DNA of 64,000 nt from an uncultured Rhodohalobacter sp. (GTDB lineage Bacteria > Bacteroidota > Rhodothermia > Balneolales > Balneolaceae), in the NCBI GenBank assembly GCA_964535495.1, contig CAZHUP010000002.1, positions 2,436 to 66,435 on the forward strand. Direction: 5' to 3'. Positions 29,922 through 40,042 of the stretch are shown piece by piece. The position numbers were made by a program, and so were the translations under genes. The notes under the pieces were generated by a model. That model was not told where the DNA came from. It did no database searches and worked only from the letters and a program-made list of their open reading frames with translations. The first letter of the stretch is position 1. Each line of letters starts with the position of its first letter.

Positions 29922-31058
29922 ATGAGTACCAAAGGACGTGTTCTTGTTGCTATGAGCGGCGGAGTGGATTCATCTGTTGCCGCAGTGATGCTTAAGGAGC
30001 AGGGATACGATGTAATCGGAATTACTATGAAAACCTGGGATTATCACCGAAGTGGCGGTAATGACGGGAAAGAGACGGGCTGCTGCACGGTAGAATCGAT
30101 GAACGATGCTCGTCATATCGCTGTGAAGTTTGGCTTCAAACACTTTATTGTGGATATCCGTGATGAGTTTGGCGATTGGGTAATTGACCGTTTTGTGGAA
30201 GACTATACCAGCGGACGGACACCCAATCCCTGTGTTCTGTGTAATACTCATATTAAATGGGCAGCACTGCTGAGACGAGCCGACAATCTTGGGTGCGATT
30301 ACATTGCCACTGGGCACTACGCAAACGTAAGAGAAGAAAATGGCCGATATGTAATCTCAAAAGGAAAAGATCATAACAAGGATCAGTCGTACGCGCTTTG
30401 GGGTGTTGAACAGAAACATCTGGAACGAACGATTTTTCCGCTCGGGAAATATCACAAGCCAGAGATCCGACAGATGGCCGAAGATTATGGTCTGCTGAAT
30501 GTGGCAACAAAGCCCGACTCGTACGAAATCTGTTTTATTCCCGATAATAACTACCATCGATTTTTGAAAGACAAAGTGGACGATCTTGAAGAGCGCGTAA
30601 GTGGCGGTGTGTTTGTAGATCAAACAGGAAACATTGTCGGCAAACACAAAGGTTTTCCATTTTACACCATTGGCCAGCGGCGCGGGCTCGATCTTTCTCT
30701 CGGTAAGCCGGTTTATGTAACGCATATTGATGCGGAAAAGAACGTCATTACTGTGGGAGAAAAAGAGGATTTGATCAGTACCACCTGCCGTGCAAAAGAG
30801 CTGAATCTTGTTAAATATGACAAAATTCCGAACGGTGAGATGGAGATTACCGGAAAAATCCGTTACAATGACGACGGTGCGATTGGAACAATCAAACAGC
30901 TTTCGGATGATGAAATTGAAGTTCATTTTCCTGCCGGGCGAGAAGCAATCACACCGGGTCAGGCCATTGTTTGCTACGAAGGCGATGATGTGGTTGCCGG
31001 CGGATGGATCCACAAAGTGAACGTTGAGATGAGCGAACCTGCCGAACTGGCCGGCTGA
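29922..31058 (+). CDS. mnmA: tRNA 2-thiouridine(34) synthase
   Basis: AMSGGVDS, TPNPCVLCN, ATGHY, KDQSY, TIGQRRGL, TPGQ. Confidence 0.97.
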   Translation: MSTKGRVLVAMSGGVDSSVAAVMLKEQGYDVIGITMKTWDYHRSGGNDGKETGCCTVESMNDARHIAVKFGFKHFIVDIRDEFGDWVIDRFVEDYTSGRTPNPCVLCNTHIKWAALLRRADNLGCDYIATGHYANVREENGRYVISKGKDHNKDQSYALWGVEQKHLERTIFPLGKYHKPEIRQMAEDYGLLNVATKPDSYEICFIPDNNYHRFLKDKVDDLEERVSGGVFVDQTGNIVGKHKGFPFYTIGQRRGLDLSLGKPVYVTHIDAEKNVITVGEKEDLISTTCRAKELNLVKYDKIPNGEMEITGKIRYNDDGAIGTIKQLSDDEIEVHFPAGREAITPGQAIVCYEGDDVVAGGWIHKVNVEMSEPAELAG

Positions 31059-31112
31059 AACAAACATTGAGCATCAACGTTTACAGTGATAACTCACAAT
31101 GAAATCCCTGCT

Positions 31113-31868
31113 ATGAAAACGATTTTATCCTCACTTTTACTATTGCTTGCGTTAATTCTGGCCAAGCCTGTGTCTGCTCAGTTTGAAGGCCAGGTTCAGT
31201 ACCGGATTCTAAACGTTGATGGTGGCGAAACCGAGCAGACCGACCTCAATTTAGTATTCACACCAGATCGTATTTTTATCGGATCGAGCAGCTCTCTGGA
31301 TGTGATGTCCGGTTTGAGTACAAATGGAATTCTGGTTCGAAACGATATGCAGGATTTTGTCTTCAACACCGGAGATGATGAGGCGTTCAAAATTGCCAAA
31401 TATGATATTGATAGACTGGTGGATTTAATGAACCGTGTCTCGGGTCGTTCAGATAATGATCAAAAGCAGAGTTTTGACTGGGATAACAGAGTCGAGGAAA
31501 CCGGACGGACTCAACAGCTTCACGGCTACACAGTTAAAGAGTTTGTGCTAAAGGAAGATTCCGCAGATCGGCATGTTTCGGTTTGGCTGACTGATCAAAT
31601 TAAAGTGCGCTGGGGTTTACTAAATGACGCATGGCACACAACCGGAAGAAAGCAGCTGGAAGAAGATCTGCCGGTTGAGCTGATTATGAATCCAAACAGC
31701 TTTCCTTTGCTGATTGAAGGGTTTAACGGGAATAACAGAGTGTTTTCTGCTGAAGCGGTTTCCGTCAACAGTCGTGATTTTGATCGCTCGCTAACCGAAC
31801 TTTCACCCAATATAAAGCTTCTCGGTTTTAGCGATTTGATGATGAACATGTTCAGACAGAGGAGGTAG
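31113..31868 (+). CDS. Secreted protein, DUF4412/GLPGLI-like
   Basis: Signal peptide MKTILSSLLL...VSA-QFEG; ETGRTQQLHGYTVKEF and VWLT motifs. The ATG at 31113 is preferred over the track's 31086. Confidence 0.65.
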   Translation: MKTILSSLLLLLALILAKPVSAQFEGQVQYRILNVDGGETEQTDLNLVFTPDRIFIGSSSSLDVMSGLSTNGILVRNDMQDFVFNTGDDEAFKIAKYDIDRLVDLMNRVSGRSDNDQKQSFDWDNRVEETGRTQQLHGYTVKEFVLKEDSADRHVSVWLTDQIKVRWGLLNDAWHTTGRKQLEEDLPVELIMNPNSFPLLIEGFNGNNRVFSAEAVSVNSRDFDRSLTELSPNIKLLGFSDLMMNMFRQRR

Positions 31869-31879
31869 AGCAGGTCTGA

Positions 31880-32614
31880 ATGTGGATTCGTAAGTTTTTT
31901 CATGCTTTACTTATTATCGGAATTGTTGCAGGATGCACATCCTACTCTACAACAGAAGATCGGTCATTGACTAACGAAGAAGAGTCTGTTCAATATCCCG
32001 AACCCGACCCGAAAATTGCATCACTTCTCAACAGTTATCGCGATTCACTTGACGCTGCAATGGGAGAGAAAATAGCTACCGTTCACGATACTTTAAGGTT
32101 TTCTAAGCCTGAAGGTTCTTTAGGAAATTTAGTTTCTGATGCATTACGATATCGTGCGGGAAGTGAGTTGAGAGAGTTTGTTAATATGGGGGTGATTGGT
32201 GATTCATCATTTGGCCTTTATTTAACTCCCGGCGATCTGACAATTGGTGATGTAATGGAGTTTATGCCTTATGAGAATCACCTGGTGGTCTTAAAGTTGA
32301 GAGGCTCAAAAGTATCAGAGCTGGCAGGACAAATTGCTGAAATGGGTGGTGCCCCGATTAGCGGAATGCGCTTTCGAATTGAAAATGGAGAAGCAAAAGG
32401 AGTTTTGGTCAACTCTCAAATACTCGATCCCAATAGAATCTATATGGTGGCAACAAGCAGCTGGGCAGCAAACGGAGGAGATCGATTTCCTGCGCTTTGG
32501 GAATACAGCGACCGGATTGATCTCTATGACGTAAATGTGAGAGACCTCTATGTAGATTATTTTAAAAGCAGGCGCGATATCTTTTCAAAAACAGACGGGA
32601 GGATTCGATTGTGA
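31880..32614 (+). CDS. 5'-nucleotidase C-terminal (substrate-binding) domain lipoprotein
   Basis: Lipobox IVAGC; LGNLVSDA, FMPYEN, ANGGD. Confidence 0.85.
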   Translation: MWIRKFFHALLIIGIVAGCTSYSTTEDRSLTNEEESVQYPEPDPKIASLLNSYRDSLDAAMGEKIATVHDTLRFSKPEGSLGNLVSDALRYRAGSELREFVNMGVIGDSSFGLYLTPGDLTIGDVMEFMPYENHLVVLKLRGSKVSELAGQIAEMGGAPISGMRFRIENGEAKGVLVNSQILDPNRIYMVATSSWAANGGDRFPALWEYSDRIDLYDVNVRDLYVDYFKSRRDIFSKTDGRIRL

Positions 32615-33546
32615 TAAGCAGAAAGGACTTTCTGAAAAAAAGTGCTTTTTTAGCAGCCGGCGCGTTGACCCCGATGGGTGTTGGTGCAAAATTATTGACA
32701 CCATCATCTTCTGCTATAACGATTCTCTACACAAACGACACTCACGCCCGTTTGGACCCATTCCCTGATAATGCGGTAGAATTTGCCGGATTAGGAGGTA
32801 TTGCCCGCCGTGCCTCACTTGTGAAAAAGATTCGATCTCAGAATAAGAATGTTCTTTTACTTGATGCCGGAGATGTCTTTCAGGGCACACCATGGTTTGA
32901 TGTTTATGGCGGCAAAGTAGATCTGAAGCTGATGAGTGAAATGGGATACGACGCTATGGCGGTTGGAAACCATGAGTTCGATCGCGGGCCTGACGGTTTT
33001 GCTGAAGCAGCAAAAAAAGCAGATTTTCCGATTCTTGCAGCTAATTATGATGCAAGCGGTACACCAATGAACTCATTCCTGCGACGTCTCATCGTGCGCG
33101 ATATTGATGGATTTCGCATCGGTATTTTTGGTCTCGGAATTGAATTGGATGGGGTTGTTTCGCCCGATTTATACGGTGATGTAAAACACAGAGATCCGAT
33201 TGCATGGGCAAACGGAATGACCAACAGCTTGAGGGATTATCATAAATGTGATTTTGTCATCTGCCTGAGCCATTTAGGATTTCAATACAGTAACGGGCGT
33301 ATGGACGATCTTACACTGGCTAAAAAAGTTGCCGGAATAGATTTAATCATCGGGGCGCATACCCATACTTTTCTTGACTACCCCGTTGGTGTGATGAATC
33401 CGGAAGGGAATACCACTCAAATTACACAGATGGGACATGGTGGTGTACGTCTGGGAAGAATAGATCTCGATATTAGCAATCGTGATCAAAAAGTTAAGAC
33501 GTCTGATCGATTCTATGTCATTGGAGATAAGAGCGGCTACGTATAG
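32611..33546 (+). CDS. 5'-nucleotidase N-terminal metallophosphoesterase domain
   Basis: Tat-like SRKDFLK; TNDTH, DAGD, GNHEFD, LSHLG, GAHTH. Confidence 0.9.
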   Translation: MISRKDFLKKSAFLAAGALTPMGVGAKLLTPSSSAITILYTNDTHARLDPFPDNAVEFAGLGGIARRASLVKKIRSQNKNVLLLDAGDVFQGTPWFDVYGGKVDLKLMSEMGYDAMAVGNHEFDRGPDGFAEAAKKADFPILAANYDASGTPMNSFLRRLIVRDIDGFRIGIFGLGIELDGVVSPDLYGDVKHRDPIAWANGMTNSLRDYHKCDFVICLSHLGFQYSNGRMDDLTLAKKVAGIDLIIGAHTHTFLDYPVGVMNPEGNTTQITQMGHGGVRLGRIDLDISNRDQKVKTSDRFYVIGDKSGYV

Positions 33547-33555
33547 AAAATGTAG

Positions 33556-34626
33556 TTAATCCAGGGTAACAGGATGAACCCAGCCAAAAGGATCGTCAGT
33601 TTTACCATATTGAATACCTGTGATAGTGCTGAACATTTTTTTGGCAAACGGTCCTATTTTCTCTTCATCAAGTTGAATGATTTCTCCATTGTGATGAATC
33701 AGGCCAACCGGAGATATTACAGCCGCAGTACCCGATCCAAATACCTCTGTCACCTTTCCGGATTGATAAGATTCAACTACTTCATCAATACTGACTTTTC
33801 GCTCTTCAACGTCAACTCCCCACTCTTTAGCTACTTCTATAACGGAACGCCGGGTGATGCCCGGTAAAACAGATCCTGAAAGTTTTGGAGTGACCAATTT
33901 ATCATCCATCAGAAAAAAGATATTCATTGTTCCCACCTCTTCGATAAATCGATTCTCCTTGGCATCCAGCCAGATAACCTGTGTGTAACCCTCTTTTTTA
34001 GCATTCTGAGCAGGGAGAAAACTTGCTGCATAATTACCGGCAGCTTTGGCCTCACCGGTTCCGCCCTTCACCGCTCTTACGAACTTTTCTGATGTTGTAA
34101 GTTTTACCGGGTTGAAACCTTCACTGTAATAGGCTGCTACAGGACTTGTTATAATGTAAAACCGATATTCTTGCGATACTTTAGCGGCAAGATACTCTTC
34201 TGTAGCAAACATAAATGGACGGACATAAAGTGCGTGTCCATACTCCTTCGGAACCCACTGATGGTCTAGTGAAATGAGCTCTTCAAGCCCTTTGATGAAA
34301 GATTGTTCATCAACTTCGGGCATGCACAGCCGGCGCGCTGAATCATTCAATCGTTGATGGTGATCCCTGGGTCTAAACAGATGAAGTGTTTCATCGTCTA
34401 CGTGATAGGCTTTCATTCCTTCAAAAATAGCCTGCCCATAATGAAGGGCCTGCATTGAAGGTGTAAACTGAATAGGGCCGTATGGTATAATTTTAGGTTC
34501 GTTCCATTGGCCGTCTTTGTAAACCATTTCAAGCATATGATCAGAAAAAACACGCCCAAATTGCAGATTATCAAAATCAACATCGGAAATTCTACTTTGA
34601 TCTGTTTTGGTAATGCTTATTTTCAT
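33556..34626 (-). CDS. ilvE: Branched-chain amino acid aminotransferase
   Basis: LHYGQAIFEGMKAY, KAAGNY with the PLP Lys, EEVGTMN, LPGITR, GSGTAAVISP. Confidence 0.95.
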   Translation of the reverse strand: MKISITKTDQSRISDVDFDNLQFGRVFSDHMLEMVYKDGQWNEPKIIPYGPIQFTPSMQALHYGQAIFEGMKAYHVDDETLHLFRPRDHHQRLNDSARRLCMPEVDEQSFIKGLEELISLDHQWVPKEYGHALYVRPFMFATEEYLAAKVSQEYRFYIITSPVAAYYSEGFNPVKLTTSEKFVRAVKGGTGEAKAAGNYAASFLPAQNAKKEGYTQVIWLDAKENRFIEEVGTMNIFFLMDDKLVTPKLSGSVLPGITRRSVIEVAKEWGVDVEERKVSIDEVVESYQSGKVTEVFGSGTAAVISPVGLIHHNGEIIQLDEEKIGPFAKKMFSTITGIQYGKTDDPFGWVHPVTLD

Positions 34627-34719
34627 AATGGCTTATTCGTTTACATTAAATCCTACTTAAGATAACAGGAATTTTTGAAAAACTTAGGCAAAAACTGACA
34701 ATTCATTTCAACATCTCCT

Positions 34720-36063
34720 ATGAAAAATATCATACTTCTCATTGTTTTTAGTTTATTTATACTCGGTGATACAGTTGCTCAAACGGTGAATGATATTACA
34801 CCGGACATTTTAAAAATGCGTGACAGGGCAGAAGTTATGGATCAGTGGACCGAATACCGTCTTGATCATCTGGTTCCGGAGTTAATGAAAAGGGCTGGGA
34901 TAGATATGTGGGTATTGGTAGCCCGCGAGTATAACGAAGATCCTGTTCTGTTGACGATGCTTCCGGCCACTTGGCAATCGTCGCGCCGAACAACCATACT
35001 TGTATTTTTTGATCCCGGAAACGGAGATCCTGTAGAGCGGCTGGCAGTGGCTCGATATGATATAGGTTTTTTTGAAACCCAGTGGTTTCCGGATGATGAG
35101 CCGGATCAGTGGAAACGATTTGGGCAGGTTGTGGCAGAACGGAATCCGGATAAGATCGGTATAAATTTTTCAGAGCACTTTGCGCTTGCAGATGGAATCA
35201 GCTATACCGATTTCAACCATTTAAAAAACAGTCTATCTTCGGAACTTCAAAACCGAATTGTATCTGCCGAGGAATTATCGATAGGATGGCTGGAAACCCG
35301 AACAGAAGAGGAGAAGGTTGTTTACCGACAGATTAATCGTATCGCTCACAATATTATTGCAGAAGGGTTGTCGGAGCGAGTGATTACTCCCGGAATTACA
35401 ACTACGGAAGATCTTCAGTGGTGGTACCGGGAAAGGATACGAGATCTGAATTTGACTACATGGTTCCATCCGTCTGTTTCTGTTCAGCGAAGTGAATCCG
35501 TTGAGCACGACGGGGACTTTTCAGGCCGTGCGGATACAGACGTCATTTTGCCGGGTGATCTTCTGCATATGGATTTTGGAATTGAGTATCTGGGCCTTAC
35601 AACGGATACTCAACGTCACGCATACGTACTTCGTCCCGGCGAAACGGAAGCTCCACAGGGATTGCAAGAAGCACTGAAAATTGGCAATCGATTACAGGAT
35701 ATTCTTACGGATGAATTTATAACAGGCAGATCCGGAAATGATATTCTTTCGGCTGCACTGAGAAAAGCTGAATCTGAAAATATCAATGCCACAATCTATA
35801 CGCATCCGCTTGGATATCACGGACACGGTGCAGGCCCAACCATCGGCCTTTGGGATCAACAGGGTGGCGTGCCCGGGAAAGGGGACTATCCACTCTACCC
35901 AAATACAGCACACTCTATAGAGCTGAATGCTGAAGTATTTATTCCGGAGTGGAATCGTTCTATTAGAATTATGCTGGAGGAAGATGCCATTTTTGATGGA
36001 GAAGAGACCTACTATATTGATGGACGAATGGAGCAGTTTTATTTGATTCCCCGCCAAAAGTAG
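34720..36063 (+). CDS. Exported M24 family (Xaa-Pro) aminopeptidase
   Basis: Signal peptide; HMDFG, TDTQ, THPLGYHGHG, SIELN, LEED metal ligands. Confidence 0.85.
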   Translation: MKNIILLIVFSLFILGDTVAQTVNDITPDILKMRDRAEVMDQWTEYRLDHLVPELMKRAGIDMWVLVAREYNEDPVLLTMLPATWQSSRRTTILVFFDPGNGDPVERLAVARYDIGFFETQWFPDDEPDQWKRFGQVVAERNPDKIGINFSEHFALADGISYTDFNHLKNSLSSELQNRIVSAEELSIGWLETRTEEEKVVYRQINRIAHNIIAEGLSERVITPGITTTEDLQWWYRERIRDLNLTTWFHPSVSVQRSESVEHDGDFSGRADTDVILPGDLLHMDFGIEYLGLTTDTQRHAYVLRPGETEAPQGLQEALKIGNRLQDILTDEFITGRSGNDILSAALRKAESENINATIYTHPLGYHGHGAGPTIGLWDQQGGVPGKGDYPLYPNTAHSIELNAEVFIPEWNRSIRIMLEEDAIFDGEETYYIDGRMEQFYLIPRQK

Positions 36064-36211
36064 CCGAGCCTCGGTAAATATTAAATCTTAATAAAACCTG
36101 TTGAAACACTTTCGACTAACATGAATTGAAATATGTAAGGGAGTGTTATATCCGGTATCTTAGATAGGATTCAGGCGAGAATTAGAATTAAGCATTAACA
36201 AAACCACAGAT

Positions 36212-38392
36212 ATGATAAAGCAAGCGAAGCAGGTTCTGAAACAGACTTTTGGATATGATGAATTCCGACCGCTTCAAGAAGATATTATCTCCGATGTTCT
36301 CAATAAGAAAGATACACTGGTGATTATGCCCACAGGCGGTGGGAAATCACTATGCTATCAAATTCCCGCTATTCTTTTTGATGGTTTAACAATTGTGATT
36401 TCACCGCTTATTTCATTGATGAAAGATCAGGTGGAGCAACTGGATGAATTTGGTGTGCCGGCTCTTTTCCTAAATAGTACGCTCACTCCCGAACAGTATG
36501 CAGCAAACGTCCGTAAATTGAAAAATGGAGAGGCAAAACTGCTCTATTTGGCTCCTGAGACGTTGATGATGGAAAGTACGCGTCATCTTTTAGATCAACT
36601 GGATGTCGACTGTTTCACGATCGATGAGGCACACTGTATTTCTGAATGGGGGCACGATTTTCGTCCGGAATATCGCCAGCTGGCCAAGGTTAGAAAAGAT
36701 TTTCCCAATGCTGTTTGTCTTGCGCTGACGGCTACGGCTACTCCAAGAGTACGCGAAGATATTCGTATTACGCTGGAGATGAACAAAACAGAGACGTATG
36801 TCGCCAGTTTTGATCGGGAGAATCTGCTTCTTCAGGTGGTGGATAAACAGGAACCGCTTGAGCAGATTCTCGATTTTCTCTATACCCGGCCGAAACAATC
36901 AGGAATTATCTACTGTTTTTCCCGCCGACAGGTGAATGAACTTTACAGCGATTTAAAGCATGAAGGACACTCCGTTCTGCCATATCATGCCGGTCTTTCG
37001 GAGGCGCAGCGTACTCATAATCAGGAGGCGTTTATTCGCGATAATGTGCAGATAATTGTGGCAACCATCGCCTTTGGGATGGGAATAAATAAACCGGATG
37101 TGCGATTTGTGATACATCATGATATGCCGCAAAATATTGAATCGTACTATCAACAGATTGGCCGTGCAGGAAGGGATGGCCTTCAAGCCGACTGCATGCT
37201 CCTCTACAGCTACTCCGACAAACAGAAGATTCAATACTTCATCAACCAAAAAGAGGGAGAGGAGAAGAAGATTGCGGAAAAACATCTCGACGCCCTGCTT
37301 AATTTTATGGAGTATGATGACTGTCGCAGAAAACCTCTTCTTGAGTATTTTGGAGAGGAGTATAAGCATGATGAGTGCGGGATGTGCGACAACTGTTTGC
37401 AGTATAAAGACAACATGCAGGATTACACAGAACAGGCTCAAAAATATTTGAGCTGTATTGTGCGGACAGAGGAGACTTATGGTGCCTATTATATAGCTGA
37501 TATTTTACGAGGATCTAAGCAGAAGAAAATCCTGGAAAATGATCATGATAAACTCTCTACATATGGAATTGGCCAGGAATGGACGAAAAACCAGTGGATT
37601 CAGCTTTCAAGGCTACTTTTGAGAAAAGATCTTCTGAAAAAAGACCCTGATCATGGAAGCCTCAAACTAACAGCTGCATCTGCCAATATTTTAAAGGGAG
37701 ACGAACGGGTAGAGGGGATATTGGATAGAACGCAGGCAACTTCAGATGAGGATAAGCCGTCGCGCACAAGCAGTGATGTAGAGAATAAACACAACGCAGA
37801 TCTATTTGAAAAACTAAGGGCAAAACGAAAAGAGCTGGCAGACGAGCAGGAGATTCCACCATACGCAATTTTCCCTGATACCACTCTTATGGAAATGTCA
37901 TACTTTTTTCCCCAGGATGATGAATCTTTGATGGCAATTTATGGGGTGGGATCTGTAAAACTGAAGAAATATGGCGACGACTTTCTGCCAATCATCGTTG
38001 AGTTTGTTGAAAACAACGATGTTGATGAGAAATCGAAGGCGATTAAAAAGAAAGTTGAAAAGACTACTGAAAAGAAGAAGTATGAATTGGTGGGAGAAGA
38101 GTTTAACCAGGGCAAATCTGTAGAGCACCTGGCTGAACAGTTTGGTGTAAAGGAGGTGACCATTTTAAGTAATTTGAAAAAGTATCTGGATGATGGTAAT
38201 AAGATTGAACCGGAAGGAATTCTAGAGGCCTCTTCGCTTTCCCAACGTAAAATTGATGAGGTCTATGAGTCGATGGATAAAGTAGGGGCAGATATTCTCA
38301 AGCCGGTATATGAGGATCTTGATAAAACTGTGGATTACGGTGAACTTCGGGTTCTGCAACTGGCCTACCTGGCAGAGAATAGACCGTCTTAA
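36212..38392 (+). CDS. recQ: ATP-dependent DNA helicase RecQ
   Basis: MPTGGGKS, DEAH, QQIGRAGRDG, Zn site CRR...CGMCDNC, RQC, HRDC and a C-terminal HTH. Confidence 0.96.
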   Translation: MIKQAKQVLKQTFGYDEFRPLQEDIISDVLNKKDTLVIMPTGGGKSLCYQIPAILFDGLTIVISPLISLMKDQVEQLDEFGVPALFLNSTLTPEQYAANVRKLKNGEAKLLYLAPETLMMESTRHLLDQLDVDCFTIDEAHCISEWGHDFRPEYRQLAKVRKDFPNAVCLALTATATPRVREDIRITLEMNKTETYVASFDRENLLLQVVDKQEPLEQILDFLYTRPKQSGIIYCFSRRQVNELYSDLKHEGHSVLPYHAGLSEAQRTHNQEAFIRDNVQIIVATIAFGMGINKPDVRFVIHHDMPQNIESYYQQIGRAGRDGLQADCMLLYSYSDKQKIQYFINQKEGEEKKIAEKHLDALLNFMEYDDCRRKPLLEYFGEEYKHDECGMCDNCLQYKDNMQDYTEQAQKYLSCIVRTEETYGAYYIADILRGSKQKKILENDHDKLSTYGIGQEWTKNQWIQLSRLLLRKDLLKKDPDHGSLKLTAASANILKGDERVEGILDRTQATSDEDKPSRTSSDVENKHNADLFEKLRAKRKELADEQEIPPYAIFPDTTLMEMSYFFPQDDESLMAIYGVGSVKLKKYGDDFLPIIVEFVENNDVDEKSKAIKKKVEKTTEKKKYELVGEEFNQGKSVEHLAEQFGVKEVTILSNLKKYLDDGNKIEPEGILEASSLSQRKIDEVYESMDKVGADILKPVYEDLDKTVDYGELRVLQLAYLAENRPS

Positions 38393-38425
38393 AAATTTAA
38401 TGATCAAAAACTGTACGATTTCCAT

Positions 38426-39097
38426 ATGATTTCGAAGTTTGTCGAATCTCTGAAACGAACACCACGTGGACTTTTCAACCCGTGGTATCATCAGGATAAA
38501 AAGAACGATGTTACACCGAATGCGCCCGATATTCGCAGAAAACAGCTGGAAACCTATCTAAAGGAGCGGCAACATTCGGCCAGGTATCTTTTTATAGCTG
38601 AAGCGCTGGGCTATCAGGGTGGACATTTTACCGGTATTGCAATGACTTCCGAGCGGATTTTGCTGGGATATCAGCGGGAGAAATACGGAGTGGAGGCCGA
38701 TCACGTTTTTCAAACAGTGAGACCCAACAGAACGAGCCGGCCCGACCTTATTGAAAAGGGTATGAGCGAACCGACTGCGACGATTATGTGGGGTGCATTG
38801 ACAGACCTGGAAATTGATCCATATGAAGTTGTTTTGTGGAATGCCGTGCCATGGCATCCCTACAACCCTGATAAAGGGTTGTTAAGCAATCGAACACCTC
38901 TAGCCGGAGAAATGGATGCGGGCTTGAAACATTTAAAAACGTTTATCGGTCTGTTCAATAAACCGAAGATTGTTGCCGTTGGTAGGAAGTGTGAACAGAG
39001 TTTGTCTGAACTTGGAATTGATTACATTGGTGTTCGACATCCTGCTAATGGTGGGGCTCCGAAGTTCCGCCGGCAACTGGCCGAGTTAACCGGATAA
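38426..39097 (+). CDS. Uracil-DNA glycosylase superfamily protein
   Basis: AEALGYQGGHFTGIAMTSE, SEPTATIMW, WNAVPWHP, NRTP, AVGR, RHPANGG. Confidence 0.8.
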   Translation: MISKFVESLKRTPRGLFNPWYHQDKKNDVTPNAPDIRRKQLETYLKERQHSARYLFIAEALGYQGGHFTGIAMTSERILLGYQREKYGVEADHVFQTVRPNRTSRPDLIEKGMSEPTATIMWGALTDLEIDPYEVVLWNAVPWHPYNPDKGLLSNRTPLAGEMDAGLKHLKTFIGLFNKPKIVAVGRKCEQSLSELGIDYIGVRHPANGGAPKFRRQLAELTG

Positions 39098-39148
39098 TTC
39101 TGATTTTTTAACCCTCACAATTTTTACAGTCAATTTTATTCAACAAAC

Positions 39149-39997
39149 ATGAAAAGAGTAATTATACTATTTGTCATTTCTTTAATGATGTTAAGTTGTG
39201 GCACAATCCGTGATGCGGCTGATGTTCGCGAACCAAATGTGTCGTTTCAGAATATGTCTATCGACAGAATAACATTCGATGGAGTAACACTTCTTTTTGA
39301 TTTTGAAGTGAATAATCCAAATCGTTTTGGGGTGTCGGCTGAGCAGTACAGTTATGAATTTTTTATCAATGACCGATCTTTTATTACCGGATTGCAGGAA
39401 GATCGCCTTTCGATTGGAAGGGAATCTACACAGTCCATACAGATTCCGGTAACACTGAATTTCTCAGAAGTTTATGAATCATTCAGTTCTGTTTTAAGGC
39501 AGGATAGTCTCTCCTATGCTTTATCTACTGAGGTGGAATTTGATGTACCTGTTTTAGGAAATCGGAAAGTGCCTGTACGCACATCGGGAGATATTCCAAT
39601 TCCAAAGGTGCCCAGAATTACAATGGGCGATTTTAATGTAAAAGAGATCTCTCTCAGTGGCGCCGAGGTGGAGGTGTCATTCAACGTGCAAAACCCAAAT
39701 CCATTTGCGATTTCTATTGCTAATGCTGCTTATGAGTTAACAGTAAACGGACGCGAGTGGCTGGATACCACACTTGGCGAAACGATAAGAGTAGCCGGAT
39801 CGGAGCGGAGAACCATTAACATTCCCATCCGTTTAAATTCATCTCAGCTGGGATCGGCTTTGATGGACTTAATGAGAGGTGAATCTACTTTTAATTACGA
39901 TCTGAAAGGGTCTGCGGACATCTCTGCCGAGCTGGACGGTTTCAGGGATGGCCAATCCTTTCCGTTTGATCTCTCAGGTGTTTATACACTCGATTAG
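39149..39997 (+). CDS. LEA type 2 (WHy) double-domain lipoprotein
   Basis: Lipobox LLSC; two NPN motifs (VNNPN and VQNPN). Confidence 0.85.
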   Translation: MKRVIILFVISLMMLSCGTIRDAADVREPNVSFQNMSIDRITFDGVTLLFDFEVNNPNRFGVSAEQYSYEFFINDRSFITGLQEDRLSIGRESTQSIQIPVTLNFSEVYESFSSVLRQDSLSYALSTEVEFDVPVLGNRKVPVRTSGDIPIPKVPRITMGDFNVKEISLSGAEVEVSFNVQNPNPFAISIANAAYELTVNGREWLDTTLGETIRVAGSERRTINIPIRLNSSQLGSALMDLMRGESTFNYDLKGSADISAELDGFRDGQSFPFDLSGVYTLD

Positions 39998-40042
39998 TAC
40001 AACTATACTTCACTATACATACAACCTTAAAACATCAATCCA

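Noticed and set aside
30357-31067. 236-aa antisense ORF over mnmA (and similar ones over dnaE 16532-17143, recQ and mutS)
   Set aside because: These are shadow ORFs opposite conserved genes, with no recognisable motifs.
36100-36116. GTTGAAA-CAC-TTTCGAC upstream of recQ
   Set aside because: It has a 3-nt spacer and mismatches relative to the 7-2-7 operator, and occurs once.
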